Position numbers and translations under genes: made by a program. This document shows positions 55,704 through 64,000 of a DNA stretch of 64,000 nucleotides, piece by piece; position 1 is the first letter of the stretch; every line of letters starts with the position of its first letter. Source of the DNA: a virus; IMG/VR virus record IMGVR_UViG_3300032117_000009, positions 60,689 to 124,688 of that record. The stretch is one strand, 5' to 3'. Under the pieces are notes generated by a model that made no database searches, had not been told where the DNA came from, and saw nothing but the letters and a program-made list of their open reading frames with translations.

Positions 55704-55740
55704 GTGGGGGCACTCTCAATATTATCAAGAGTACCCCCAC
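55704..55740. terminator. Long intergenic hairpin between SSB and dnaE
   Basis: Minus strand GTGGGGGTACTCTTGATA-A-TATTGAGAGTGCCCCCAC pairs along its length with three G-U pairs; no immediate U-tract. Confidence 0.65.
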
Positions 55741-55760
55741 TTAGCTTAACGCTTAATTAA

Positions 55761-56555
55761 TCAACTATACGGAGATTCAACAAGCTTAGCCTTCAAACGA
55801 TCTGCCGTAGTAAGCTCATCAATATCTGCGCTGTGGTTATTCATAGATGGAGCAATGCTTTCGCTGTTACTAAAATTGCTCTTCTTGTCTTCCTTGTCGG
55901 GCAAAATTCCATGAAGTCTAGAGTTATAATATTCCTCGCTACCAATTCTGGTAAGAAAGCCCTCAAGGTCTGGTACAAAATTGCCATACCTATCATCCAT
56001 ATTGTCAATGGGCTTTGGTGGCAAAGGGAAAGAAACATAAGTAGTGTCTGTACCGCTACCCTGTCTATGAATCTCTAGATCAAAATCACGCAAAGAACCA
56101 TACTTTTCATGGATAAGCGCAATGGTGTTCCAGAAATTACGCATTGACTGGTTTACAATACCAACAACCGGCTTCTTCTTTCGAACAATACCGTTTGGAG
56201 TTTCTTCATCATTCTCAACAACCTGGTCTTCATAACCAACTACCTTGCCATCTTCATAAACAGGTTGTCTGACAACAGCAATGCCGTATCCAGTGTCTCG
56301 CTTATAAACATCTTTTTGGCACAGCTCGCATGGCTCTTCAAAAACAGAACGACAAACAAAATTAGCCTTCTTACCATCATGAGTATCTACCATGCTATGT
56401 ACAGCAACGACGAGTGTATCGTCAATATCAGTAATAAAACGGATAACCTTAGTTTCTCCGCCCTTCCAAGAAATCCAATTTGTATCTGGGTAATCCTTGG
56501 TTCCTTGTCCCTTAGTAAGAGACTCGTTGATTGCCTCACGGCCCTTCTTAATCAT
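55761..56555 (-). CDS. T4 gp32-like single-stranded DNA-binding protein
   Basis: K.IRF, H...VC.....C.LC zinc site, DLEIHRQGSGTDTTY; in the replication operon. Confidence 0.75.
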   Translation of the reverse strand: MIKKGREAINESLTKGQGTKDYPDTNWISWKGGETKVIRFITDIDDTLVVAVHSMVDTHDGKKANFVCRSVFEEPCELCQKDVYKRDTGYGIAVVRQPVYEDGKVVGYEDQVVENDEETPNGIVRKKKPVVGIVNQSMRNFWNTIALIHEKYGSLRDFDLEIHRQGSGTDTTYVSFPLPPKPIDNMDDRYGNFVPDLEGFLTRIGSEEYYNSRLHGILPDKEDKKSNFSNSESIAPSMNNHSADIDELTTADRLKAKLVESPYS

Positions 56556-56615
56556 TTTTTCTTCTTTCTATTTTTCTGCTTGCCTTATGGCCTACATGTT
56601 TATTATATATCGGGA

Positions 56616-57239
56616 TTACTCCCATTTTCTGATTATCTTGCAATAATCTAGGTACCAATTGTCTTTGGTATCCTTCAATAGATGATATGCAAGAACATCC
56701 AGATCTGGCTTGTAGTTTGTATCTACGTAAACAAGCTCACCCCATGGGTAAATTGCTTTTTCAAAATGGTCACTAAGAACAACCTTGGCACTCTGTTCAC
56801 GACCAGAACGGTGGTAATAGGTAGCTAAATGAGCCATCCATTCTTTTGCAAGATTGTAATTTTCATCATGATCTTCACTGACATAGTACGCAAATGAAAT
56901 TTCTTTTTCTTCTTGAATATCTGTTGTCATTTTTTTCTTACCAGTTGATACTTCTTCGATTAGCCTTTCCAGGCTTTTAGTCAAAGAATCGTATACAACT
57001 CTCTGCGTACTCGTTAAAGTTTTGTAAGCTTCAATAAGTTTTTTGTCGTGACCTTTGACTTTTATTATAGCTCGGAATCTGTCCTTAATCTCTTGTTTTC
57101 CCCAATTTTTTTCATTTGGGTCTATCCCTAAGATTTTGTAATAACCTTCTGGGTCTACTATATATTCTCTTTTTCTTAAGACCAATGATAGAGATGAAGG
57201 GTACTCTATACCTTTAATCCTTTTAGGCTTAGATTCCAC
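56616..57239 (-). CDS. J-domain-like protein lacking HPD
   Basis: YYKILGIDP...EIKDRFR...KGHD...EAYKTLT...R..YD. Confidence 0.6.
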   Translation of the reverse strand: MESKPKRIKGIEYPSSLSLVLRKREYIVDPEGYYKILGIDPNEKNWGKQEIKDRFRAIIKVKGHDKKLIEAYKTLTSTQRVVYDSLTKSLERLIEEVSTGKKKMTTDIQEEKEISFAYYVSEDHDENYNLAKEWMAHLATYYHRSGREQSAKVVLSDHFEKAIYPWGELVYVDTNYKPDLDVLAYHLLKDTKDNWYLDYCKIIRKWE

Positions 57240-58249
57240 TGAAGCATGTTCTTTCTCTGATTGAGCAAATAATCAAGAGGATCACCAACTGAAGCAGGGT
57301 CCTCGTTATCTTCTTCTAGGATTGTCACCATGTTCGTCTTCGAAAGACAATGAACAAGATATGAGCTAGCCTTTCGGCCTGCAGTATCTCCATCCATCCA
57401 GATGCATACATCCTGGAATCGCCTGATCAAATGAATCTGATAATTAGAAATACTTGCCCCAAACGTTGATACAACGTTATTGACACCTAAAGACTTAAGC
57501 TTCAAAACCGACATTGGCGATTCTACCACAATAAGTTCTTCATTAGGGTCAAGGTTGTCATAATTATACAACGTCCATGCTTTAGGAAACTGCTTAGAAT
57601 TCTTATACTTAGGCACCCTGGGATCTTCTGTGAGCTTCCTACCTTGCCAACCAACAAGTTGGCCATTAAAAATATGTGGAATAATAATTCGTGAAACGCT
57701 TACCTGTTGTGATGCATCGCCAGAGTGAACCCATTCCATAGTATTTTCTCTAAGGCCAATCTTCATATCCCTTTGTACTTCATGCGAGATGCCACGAGAG
57801 TCCATGTAATCAGTTTGCCTAATCCATGGTTCAAGAATGTTCTGCGAGTAAACAGGAATATCTACCTTGCCCTCTGGACTTCCCTGAGAAAGATTTGCCT
57901 TGAGCCGATCAATAAACTTATCGTAATCTACAAAAGAACCAGTTGAGTATTCCTTTACCCTAGCCAAAGCTTGGTTGAAAGTAATATCAAGAATATTTTC
58001 AACAAGCCAGAAGACTGAACCTCCGCCACAAGTAAAACAATTAAACATCAACGTTTCTTTGTTCAAGCTTGCAGATGGATTTTGATCTCCATTCTTGTGA
58101 AGTCCAAATGGAAGCCTACATGAATGAATCAGCTCATTACCACTTTCATTAATTTCATTAATGCCACACAAATCCTGCAATAAAGAATATGCGTCAATAT
58201 TAACAGCAATGTCCTTGTGAATTTCCTTTGAACTAATCATCTTCTTCAT
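57206..58249 (-). CDS. dnaG: DNA primase (DnaG type)
   Basis: Zn finger C.LP..H...FNCFTC; TOPRIM IVVES and MDGD. Confidence 0.88.
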   Translation of the reverse strand: MKKMISSKEIHKDIAVNIDAYSLLQDLCGINEINESGNELIHSCRLPFGLHKNGDQNPSASLNKETLMFNCFTCGGGSVFWLVENILDITFNQALARVKEYSTGSFVDYDKFIDRLKANLSQGSPEGKVDIPVYSQNILEPWIRQTDYMDSRGISHEVQRDMKIGLRENTMEWVHSGDASQQVSVSRIIIPHIFNGQLVGWQGRKLTEDPRVPKYKNSKQFPKAWTLYNYDNLDPNEELIVVESPMSVLKLKSLGVNNVVSTFGASISNYQIHLIRRFQDVCIWMDGDTAGRKASSYLVHCLSKTNMVTILEEDNEDPASVGDPLDYLLNQRKNMLQWNLSLKGLKV

Positions 58250-59510
58250 AAATCCTGTTGACTCGAAGATCTGTCTGATTTTGAAGATTAAAATCCATTA
58301 ACCATGCTTTAAGGTCTGAGCGCCTAGATTTAAGAATATCAACTACAAGGTTCTCACTCTGTTTCATCTGCTCTGTAGCTGAAATTCCAAATGCCCAATC
58401 AACAATCTGTTCTACCTGTGAACTAAGCCCGATGTGCTCAAGCCCACCACGCTTGTTACTAGACTTCTTTGACTCACGATTAAACTGAGCCAACCAAACG
58501 CTAGCCATCTTCATTTCTCTAGTGAGAGATGCAACATCATTAATTGCTTCTGCCATTTCTTGGCTTTGGAAATTTGAATTGGTACCATAATTCTTAGTTG
58601 AAGAAAGCCAGCTCAGCTGGTCACCTACCATAAGTTCTGCACCCCATTGCTTTGCCCTAGAATAAAGCTCAAGAACGGTACGTTCATCACGGCGCTTAGG
58701 GGTATCAAGCATTAGGAACTCACCAAACCCCTCTACTTCGTCCCTAGCACGCTTCAACATTTCAATCTCATCAGAAGTGAGTTGTCCACGCTCATAACGA
58801 GCAAATGGTACACCAGATACAAGACAATCAAGGCGCATCATAGTAAGTTCCTTACTCAACTCAAGTGATGCAAAATATACCTTTGTCCCACGGCGAGCTG
58901 CTTCAACAGCAATCTTAGCACCAACCCAAGACTTACCAATATTAGTCCATCCAACAACTACTGCAAGTTCCGATGGGTGAAGACCATACATGTGATCATC
59001 AATTTCATCCCAACCAAAATAGATTCCACGCTTTCGTGCCATTGCATCAAGATTGTTATCAACGTAATGAGTAATACGAAGATCAAAACCATCGCCATAA
59101 AGCTCAAGTCGCTCTCTAGTGCTTGTATTGCTTTGGATACTATTGAGATTGTGCAAAGTCTCACGAATTGAGAGATCTGGGTCATCATCCAATTTCTCTG
59201 CTGCCCTAATGAGAACGTCCTGGACTCTTACACGACGATACTTATCAAGAAGATCCTCAGTAATAACCTCTGGGAGGTACTCTTCCTCTGGCCACTGATT
59301 CATCTCAAACCAGTCTGGGAACTTCTCTTCCAGCAACTCCCTCGTTACTGTCTTTGTAAGCTCTGACCTAGTGTAATAATCGAGCGTATACTCAAAAAGT
59401 TCCTTGACACCTTCATCAAAAAAATGTGAACTACGTACACCTAGATCCCAAAACTTTGATACAGAATCAATCTTTACCAAATGGTTGACAAATGCATGCT
59501 CAAGGTTCAT
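58233..59510 (-). CDS. dnaB: Replicative helicase (DnaB type)
   Basis: Walker A GWTNIGKS, SLE, GDQL, AQFNR, SSQVEQIVD, KSR. Confidence 0.9.
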   Translation of the reverse strand: MNLEHAFVNHLVKIDSVSKFWDLGVRSSHFFDEGVKELFEYTLDYYTRSELTKTVTRELLEEKFPDWFEMNQWPEEEYLPEVITEDLLDKYRRVRVQDVLIRAAEKLDDDPDLSIRETLHNLNSIQSNTSTRERLELYGDGFDLRITHYVDNNLDAMARKRGIYFGWDEIDDHMYGLHPSELAVVVGWTNIGKSWVGAKIAVEAARRGTKVYFASLELSKELTMMRLDCLVSGVPFARYERGQLTSDEIEMLKRARDEVEGFGEFLMLDTPKRRDERTVLELYSRAKQWGAELMVGDQLSWLSSTKNYGTNSNFQSQEMAEAINDVASLTREMKMASVWLAQFNRESKKSSNKRGGLEHIGLSSQVEQIVDWAFGISATEQMKQSENLVVDILKSRRSDLKAWLMDFNLQNQTDLRVNRIYEEDD

Positions 59511-60316
59511 TACTTAATACTCCTAAAGATAGAATTACTAATTTCGCTAAGGGACCTTTCCCTAGCAATTGGCCGATAATCCTGGCCTACTACGTGATGA
59601 TCAATCATGCGCTCAGTAAGCAAACTAAAGATAGCACCACCATATCCAGACTTTAATTCAGACATGTTCATGTTGGTGGTGATAAACGTTGGTCTTGAAT
59701 CAAGCGCCCTCTGACGCATTACATGATCAAATGTTGACTCTGAAAGATTGTTCTTTGCCTGGAACTCCTTACCAATGTCATCAAGAAAAAATACGTCGCT
59801 CTTGACAACCTTGCTCTCAAACCGCACCTTTTCACTTGCATTTCCCCAACCACGAGTAAATTCATCTACCATCTGGGAAAAAGTTGCAAAATATACATTA
59901 TAGCCAAGCTTCACTAATTCCTTAGCGATAAGAACAGAAAGAAGAGTCTTGCCAGTTCCATACTCGCCATGAAGCAATAGGCCAAATCCAACCTTAACCA
60001 TATCCCTATGGCGCTGCAAATACATCATAGCTGTTTTAAGAGCGTCCTGATCGCCATGATAATCAGACCAATCTAAACGTTGATATGATAAGCCAATGCC
60101 TGAAGCAAGATAGTGTTTATACAACTGAAGCTGCGCTCTACAATTTCCACAATTATCAGCACTGTTTGGCCCATCACACGAGGGGCAACCATGCTTTACA
60201 ATTACATCATACTGAGAAACTTTGCTAGAAAGATACTCACTTGTGGCATCAGATATAAACCTAGTTTTAAGGTCTACATAATCACTCTGCCACGGAAAAG
60301 AATCTGATGAAGTCAT
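59510..60316 (-). CDS. DnaC/IstB-like AAA+ helicase loader
   Basis: HGEYGTGKT, FFLDDIGKE, TFITTN; N-terminal CPSC..CGNC. Confidence 0.85.
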   Translation of the reverse strand: MTSSDSFPWQSDYVDLKTRFISDATSEYLSSKVSQYDVIVKHGCPSCDGPNSADNCGNCRAQLQLYKHYLASGIGLSYQRLDWSDYHGDQDALKTAMMYLQRHRDMVKVGFGLLLHGEYGTGKTLLSVLIAKELVKLGYNVYFATFSQMVDEFTRGWGNASEKVRFESKVVKSDVFFLDDIGKEFQAKNNLSESTFDHVMRQRALDSRPTFITTNMNMSELKSGYGGAIFSLLTERMIDHHVVGQDYRPIARERSLSEISNSIFRSIK

Positions 60317-60818
60317 GAGATGACATTAACCCTTCTGTACTATTGTCCACATTATTATTTTTTTTATCTTCTTGCAACTCACAGTATAACATGTCTTGTA
60401 TCCATTTTGCATTTTTTTTGAATGCATTTATGGTAATGACGCCATCTACAGATTTAAGCTTACCCTGATGTTTATCAAATAATATTTTTATCATTGGACC
60501 AGCATCATCGCCATATCTATTTTTAAAATCATCAAATATTTGGATATCACTATTGTCTGCTGAAACAAACTCATATCCATGTACTTCTTTGAATCTTTTC
60601 AAAAAATATTGTTGCAACTTATAGCCATCTACAAGAGGTATTTCAGTATTGCAAGATTCAATATCTGAATTTATAACTTCTTGCAATTTTGTTGGTTCTT
60701 CTTTTTTAAGCAAACTTTCTATTGGTTTTGATTTTGCGCTTTCTTTATCAATGAATTCAACACTATAATCATTTGTATCAAAATCTCTTAACTCAACTTC
60801 AAGCTGCTTTATTTCCAT
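60282..60818 (-). CDS. Hypothetical protein, possible replication initiator C-terminal domain
   Basis: Directly upstream of the DnaC-like loader; the function is inference from position. Confidence 0.55.
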   Translation of the reverse strand: MEIKQLEVELRDFDTNDYSVEFIDKESAKSKPIESLLKKEEPTKLQEVINSDIESCNTEIPLVDGYKLQQYFLKRFKEVHGYEFVSADNSDIQIFDDFKNRYGDDAGPMIKILFDKHQGKLKSVDGVITINAFKKNAKWIQDMLYCELQEDKKNNNVDNSTEGLMSSHDFIRFFSVAE

Positions 60819-60819
60819 T

Positions 60820-61170
60820 TTACTTCTTCTTGTCTAGAAAAGTTTTGCTTACAGTAGAAAACGTATGAATCTTACGCTGCACATAATCCTTGACAGCTAT
60901 ATCAAGGTCATTACTTGTTGCGCCAGTAGAATGAATTGAAATCACTTTACCACGATTTAGTAAGATTAATTCCCAATCTTTTCCTTTGCTGTACTGATCC
61001 TCATTTTTGCCACAAATTTGAATCCAATTATCATCGAGGCCACAAATAAAACCTATAAAATTATCATTAGGAGTTGTTACCTGGACCTCTTCTTCTTTAC
61101 TTGCTTTGATAGCAATATTGCGCTCAAACATTGTGTTCCAATTTTGGGCTAAATTCTTAACTTCATTCAT
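60820..61170 (-). CDS. Hypothetical protein
   Basis: ORF with RBS in the operon. Confidence 0.6.
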   Translation of the reverse strand: MNEVKNLAQNWNTMFERNIAIKASKEEEVQVTTPNDNFIGFICGLDDNWIQICGKNEDQYSKGKDWELILLNRGKVISIHSTGATSNDLDIAVKDYVQRKIHTFSTVSKTFLDKKK

Positions 61171-61189
61171 TATTAATGTACTCTCTTTC

Positions 61190-61720
61190 TTACTGAATTA
61201 ATGAACCAAAGCTGGCTCTAGTTGTTACTTTTGTATCTTGTTTTCTAGCCCCTCTCATGGCCATGCACAGGTGTTCAGCTTTAACCTTTACGGTTATCCC
61301 AGCTGGTCGCAAACTGCTTTGATATAAAGCTGTTGCTATCTGCTGTGTCAGTGTTTCTTGAGACTGAAGCCTTTTTGAGTAAACGTCTATAACTCTACCA
61401 AATTTTGATACATCTAAAATTTTTCCATCTCTTGGAATGTATGTAATATCAACATTACCAAAAAATGGTATAAAATGATGTTCACAAACGCTATAAAACT
61501 TTATATCATTTACTGATATAAGATCATTTGCGCTAGATTCATAGATTGAATTTTTAATAAGGTTATTGACATTTTGCGTATAGCCATGAATCATTTCGTG
61601 CAAATAAAATTTTGCAACTCTTTCAGGCGTATCTTTTAACCCTGGTCTATTTACATCTTCTCCTGGAATAGCTTCCAGCATTTTGTAAATTGCTGTTTGA
61701 AAATCGGTAAATGCACTCAT
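61190..61720 (-). CDS. folE: GTP cyclohydrolase I (FolE type), C-terminally short
   Basis: GLKDTPERVAK, SVCEHH, SKF.R, RLQSQE.LT, EHLCMAMRG. Confidence 0.9.
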   Translation of the reverse strand: MSAFTDFQTAIYKMLEAIPGEDVNRPGLKDTPERVAKFYLHEMIHGYTQNVNNLIKNSIYESSANDLISVNDIKFYSVCEHHFIPFFGNVDITYIPRDGKILDVSKFGRVIDVYSKRLQSQETLTQQIATALYQSSLRPAGITVKVKAEHLCMAMRGARKQDTKVTTRASFGSLIQ

Positions 61721-61785
61721 TTTTTAATAGATCACTCTTTTCTTTTCTCAATGTTATCACTATACATGCGTTTTGGCCTGATTTA

Positions 61786-62844
61786 TCAAAAAGTTGTTAT
61801 ATCTCCGCCATAAACTAACATGTCGTCTATTTCATCATAAGGTTCATAAAAATATGGGAACTGCATTGAACCAATATCACAATATCTTGGGATATCAACT
61901 TCCCAACCAGCTACCATATGACCCAAAGTATTTTCTTCAATAGCTATTGAGCTAATAATTTTTTCATATTCAATAACGAATTCTTCAATTTCTTCTTCGT
62001 TTTTTGTTTCTATTAATCTAACATCGCCATACAACGGTGAAAGAAATTCTAAATTATCAAAATTAGATTTTTTTACGTTTGGGAAAATAAAATTCGTAAG
62101 TGATTGCTCATGTACTATTAAAGATTTTTTAGATAAAGGTAATTTAGCCCTAAATTCTTTAATTATATCTTGTTCATTGTTAATACAATCAGCTATGTAT
62201 ATTAACTGATCATCCGAAAGCTTTCCTAGAGTAATATAAAATTTTGGAGATAAAGTGCCTTCGCCAAAAAAAGAAATAAAATCTCCAACTAACCCTGCTA
62301 GATTATCTTCGTTTTCCAAGCATTCTTTACTTACAATGCCAAAACTGAATTTTGGTTTATGCAAATAAACATTTCTATTCTTTTTTGGCTCCATATTAAA
62401 GAAAGATAAAGTGTCTATGCCACCATAAACAATTACATCAGTTGCATCTTCTACATCTCTTAACCATGCACCACTTGACGATAGCTCATCTTTTTTGCTT
62501 TGATAAACAGAATATTCACCATCATTATATTTTGAATTTTGCTTAAACATTTCCTCAAGCAAAATTGCTTCATCTTTTCCTGATACTTTTACGGTTATAT
62601 TTTGTGGTTTCGCTAACGCATAGGCCAGAAAAGCACTTTTTGTCACGAGCATTGGTGTTTCATAAGAACCAATTATAACAATTTTTCTATTTGAAGTATC
62701 TGTCTTGTCAACTCTTTCCCAAAAATTTTTTGGAATTTCGTTATGAGACATTGACATGTAATAATCGTCTTCTAAAAACAATCCATTCTCGCTACATAAT
62801 CTAGCAATAGAGTCAGATGGATCAATAATATAATTAGAATTCAT
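61786..62844 (-). CDS. LuxC-like acyl-CoA reductase fold, catalytic Cys apparently replaced by Thr
   Basis: DVIVYGG.DT, H.PKFSFGIV, L.GDF..FFGEGTLSPK, G..Q.P. Confidence 0.65.
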   Translation of the reverse strand: MNSNYIIDPSDSIARLCSENGLFLEDDYYMSMSHNEIPKNFWERVDKTDTSNRKIVIIGSYETPMLVTKSAFLAYALAKPQNITVKVSGKDEAILLEEMFKQNSKYNDGEYSVYQSKKDELSSSGAWLRDVEDATDVIVYGGIDTLSFFNMEPKKNRNVYLHKPKFSFGIVSKECLENEDNLAGLVGDFISFFGEGTLSPKFYITLGKLSDDQLIYIADCINNEQDIIKEFRAKLPLSKKSLIVHEQSLTNFIFPNVKKSNFDNLEFLSPLYGDVRLIETKNEEEIEEFVIEYEKIISSIAIEENTLGHMVAGWEVDIPRYCDIGSMQFPYFYEPYDEIDDMLVYGGDITTF

Positions 62845-62874
62845 AATTTTGTTTACTTTCTTAAATTGATCCAG

Positions 62875-63900
62875 CTATGTTTCTTTTATTATTATACCGC
62901 CTCTTGGCCCAATTTTACCATAATAATTTGTAAGTATAAATGGGCAAGACCAAAAATTTGCTAAATCATATATTGCAATTTTGCCATATTGCCCAGTTTT
63001 AACATCATTATTGTTTTTTTCATCAACTACCCTAACTCTTATCCATGGGCTAAAAAAATATTCTGTAGTCTCAGGCAATTTATTATATTTGCATGATTCG
63101 AGTATTGATTTTTTTGTTAAGGAATAAAATTGAGATGTTAAGCCTGGTACGTATGCCAGCTTAATAATACTATTTAAATCAAATATATTGCAAATATTAT
63201 AGATATCTTCTAAAGAACTTTTTGCACTTATTTCTTTTAATTCTATAAACATTGAACCGAGTGGCAGATGTATGCCATCTACATAATTTTTAGATTCAGC
63301 ATTATATTTTTTAACAAGTTCTTGTATCATTACGCTTGTAACCATAAACACTGTTGGTATCTTAACTTTTATTTCTTCATTTTCTTTTTCTACAAGTTTT
63401 TCTACCAGTTGAGCAAAATCATTTATTTCGTTCAAATAAGTTCCATGAAAAGATTCAAAAATATATTCAATTATATAATTTTCTAAGCTTTGCTCAGAAT
63501 ATTTAGCTATGCCAACATAATTAATCCATGGGACCCAATCATCTTCATTTAGAATATTTTTTGGGAATGACTTAGCGATATTATATTTATATAGCTCTGT
63601 ATCTCTAATATAATGCTCGCTACTATTAGTTTTTAAAACAATGCCAGGATATGGCATTTTTGTATCTATTTTTAAGCCCAAATTTTGCCCTGCGGATAAA
63701 TTATTTATTGGCATAAGGGGTATATCATCTAAATTTGAAGCAATTTTTCTACCGCAAATAGAATAGTAATAATCGTTCATTTCATGATGCAATCTATACA
63801 ATTTTAAAGCCATTGCTTCAAAATCTGCATCTGATCTGCTGCCTGAATTAATAAATTTTTTGGTTTCTAATATACAGTTTTCAAGCATATTTGTTTTCAT
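62875..63900 (-). CDS. LuxE-like acyl-protein synthetase fold with degenerate ATP-binding loop
   Basis: F..MAL..Y......YY, IPLMP, H..RD..LY, LPLGS, SQFY, SPWIRV, DLAN..SC.FI.T; no SSGTT motif. Confidence 0.7.
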   Translation of the reverse strand: MKTNMLENCILETKKFINSGSRSDADFEAMALKLYRLHHEMNDYYYSICGRKIASNLDDIPLMPINNLSAGQNLGLKIDTKMPYPGIVLKTNSSEHYIRDTELYKYNIAKSFPKNILNEDDWVPWINYVGIAKYSEQSLENYIIEYIFESFHGTYLNEINDFAQLVEKLVEKENEEIKVKIPTVFMVTSVMIQELVKKYNAESKNYVDGIHLPLGSMFIELKEISAKSSLEDIYNICNIFDLNSIIKLAYVPGLTSQFYSLTKKSILESCKYNKLPETTEYFFSPWIRVRVVDEKNNNDVKTGQYGKIAIYDLANFWSCPFILTNYYGKIGPRGGIIIKET

Positions 63901-64000
63901 TGTAATACTTTAAGTTATTAAACTTTTTTCCTACACTCAATTCATTGCCATTCCATAATGTACCAGTTACCCATTTAGTTTTTATACTATTGAACCCAAG
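63881..64000 (-). CDS. 3' end of an upstream gene, truncated by the window edge
   Basis: Open frame LGFNSIKTKWVTGTLWNGNELSVGKKFNNLKYYNENKYA* overlapping the start of the LuxE-like gene. Confidence 0.55.
   Translation of the reverse strand, partial: LGFNSIKTKWVTGTLWNGNELSVGKKFNNLKYYNENKYA

Noticed and set aside
61161-61192. FolE C-terminal extension past the TAA (EREYINNE), vaguely like the missing R.EFL helix
   Set aside because: The register does not match the family motif, and the purine-rich stretch is adequately explained as the RBS of the next gene
38-63486. Plus-strand ORFs in the track (e.g. 27224-27478 poly-Leu, 35922-36320, 42876-43496, 13228-13629)
   Set aside because: They lie antisense to well-supported minus-strand genes, lack RBSs and motifs, and are explained by low-complexity or repeat codons on the coding strand
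61786-63900. Bioluminescence (lux) operon
   Set aside because: No luxA, luxB or luxD in the window, and the catalytic motifs of both Lux-like proteins are degenerate

Overview
Fragment of a large, AT-rich (roughly one-third GC by eye) tailed dsDNA phage genome. The host is probably an actinobacterium, based on a WhiB gene and TTGACA/TAGAGT-type promoters. Every credible gene lies on the minus strand, and the plus-strand ORFs in the track look like antisense shadows. In transcription order (high to low coordinate) the window has six parts. (1) A LuxE-like / LuxC-like / FolE cluster. (2) Replication and recombination genes: DnaC-like loader, DnaB, primase, J-like protein, gp32-like SSB, DnaE, RecA, WhiB, three nucleases/resolvases. 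(3) The large terminase subunit. (4) An early region of small genes with repeated promoter-leader cassettes and a 1.5-kb GC-rich island whose genes end in a shared 23-24 bp repeat. (5) A papain-like peptidase followed by a ~30-kb block (1650-31682) of modular, mostly Cys/His-rich proteins. (6) Holin-like, Dps and tRNA genes with an HNH gene between two tRNAs. The most striking unexplained structure is part 5. Its proteins are strings of shuffled small domains (Zn ribbons, ART-fold, ParB-like, NUDIX, transglutaminase-like) joined by a shared peptide grammar: a Trp-containing linker followed by [AS]S-x-[KR/aromatic]-x-A. The clearest case is a 1233-aa protein with 12 WGF(DKKAS)-type linkers. I infer a family of protease-processed, possibly virion-packaged polyproteins; this is a hypothesis, not demonstrated. 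No database searches were run, so all family calls rest on motifs recognised by eye. Several start codons were moved from the ORF track to the more plausible coupled ATG.
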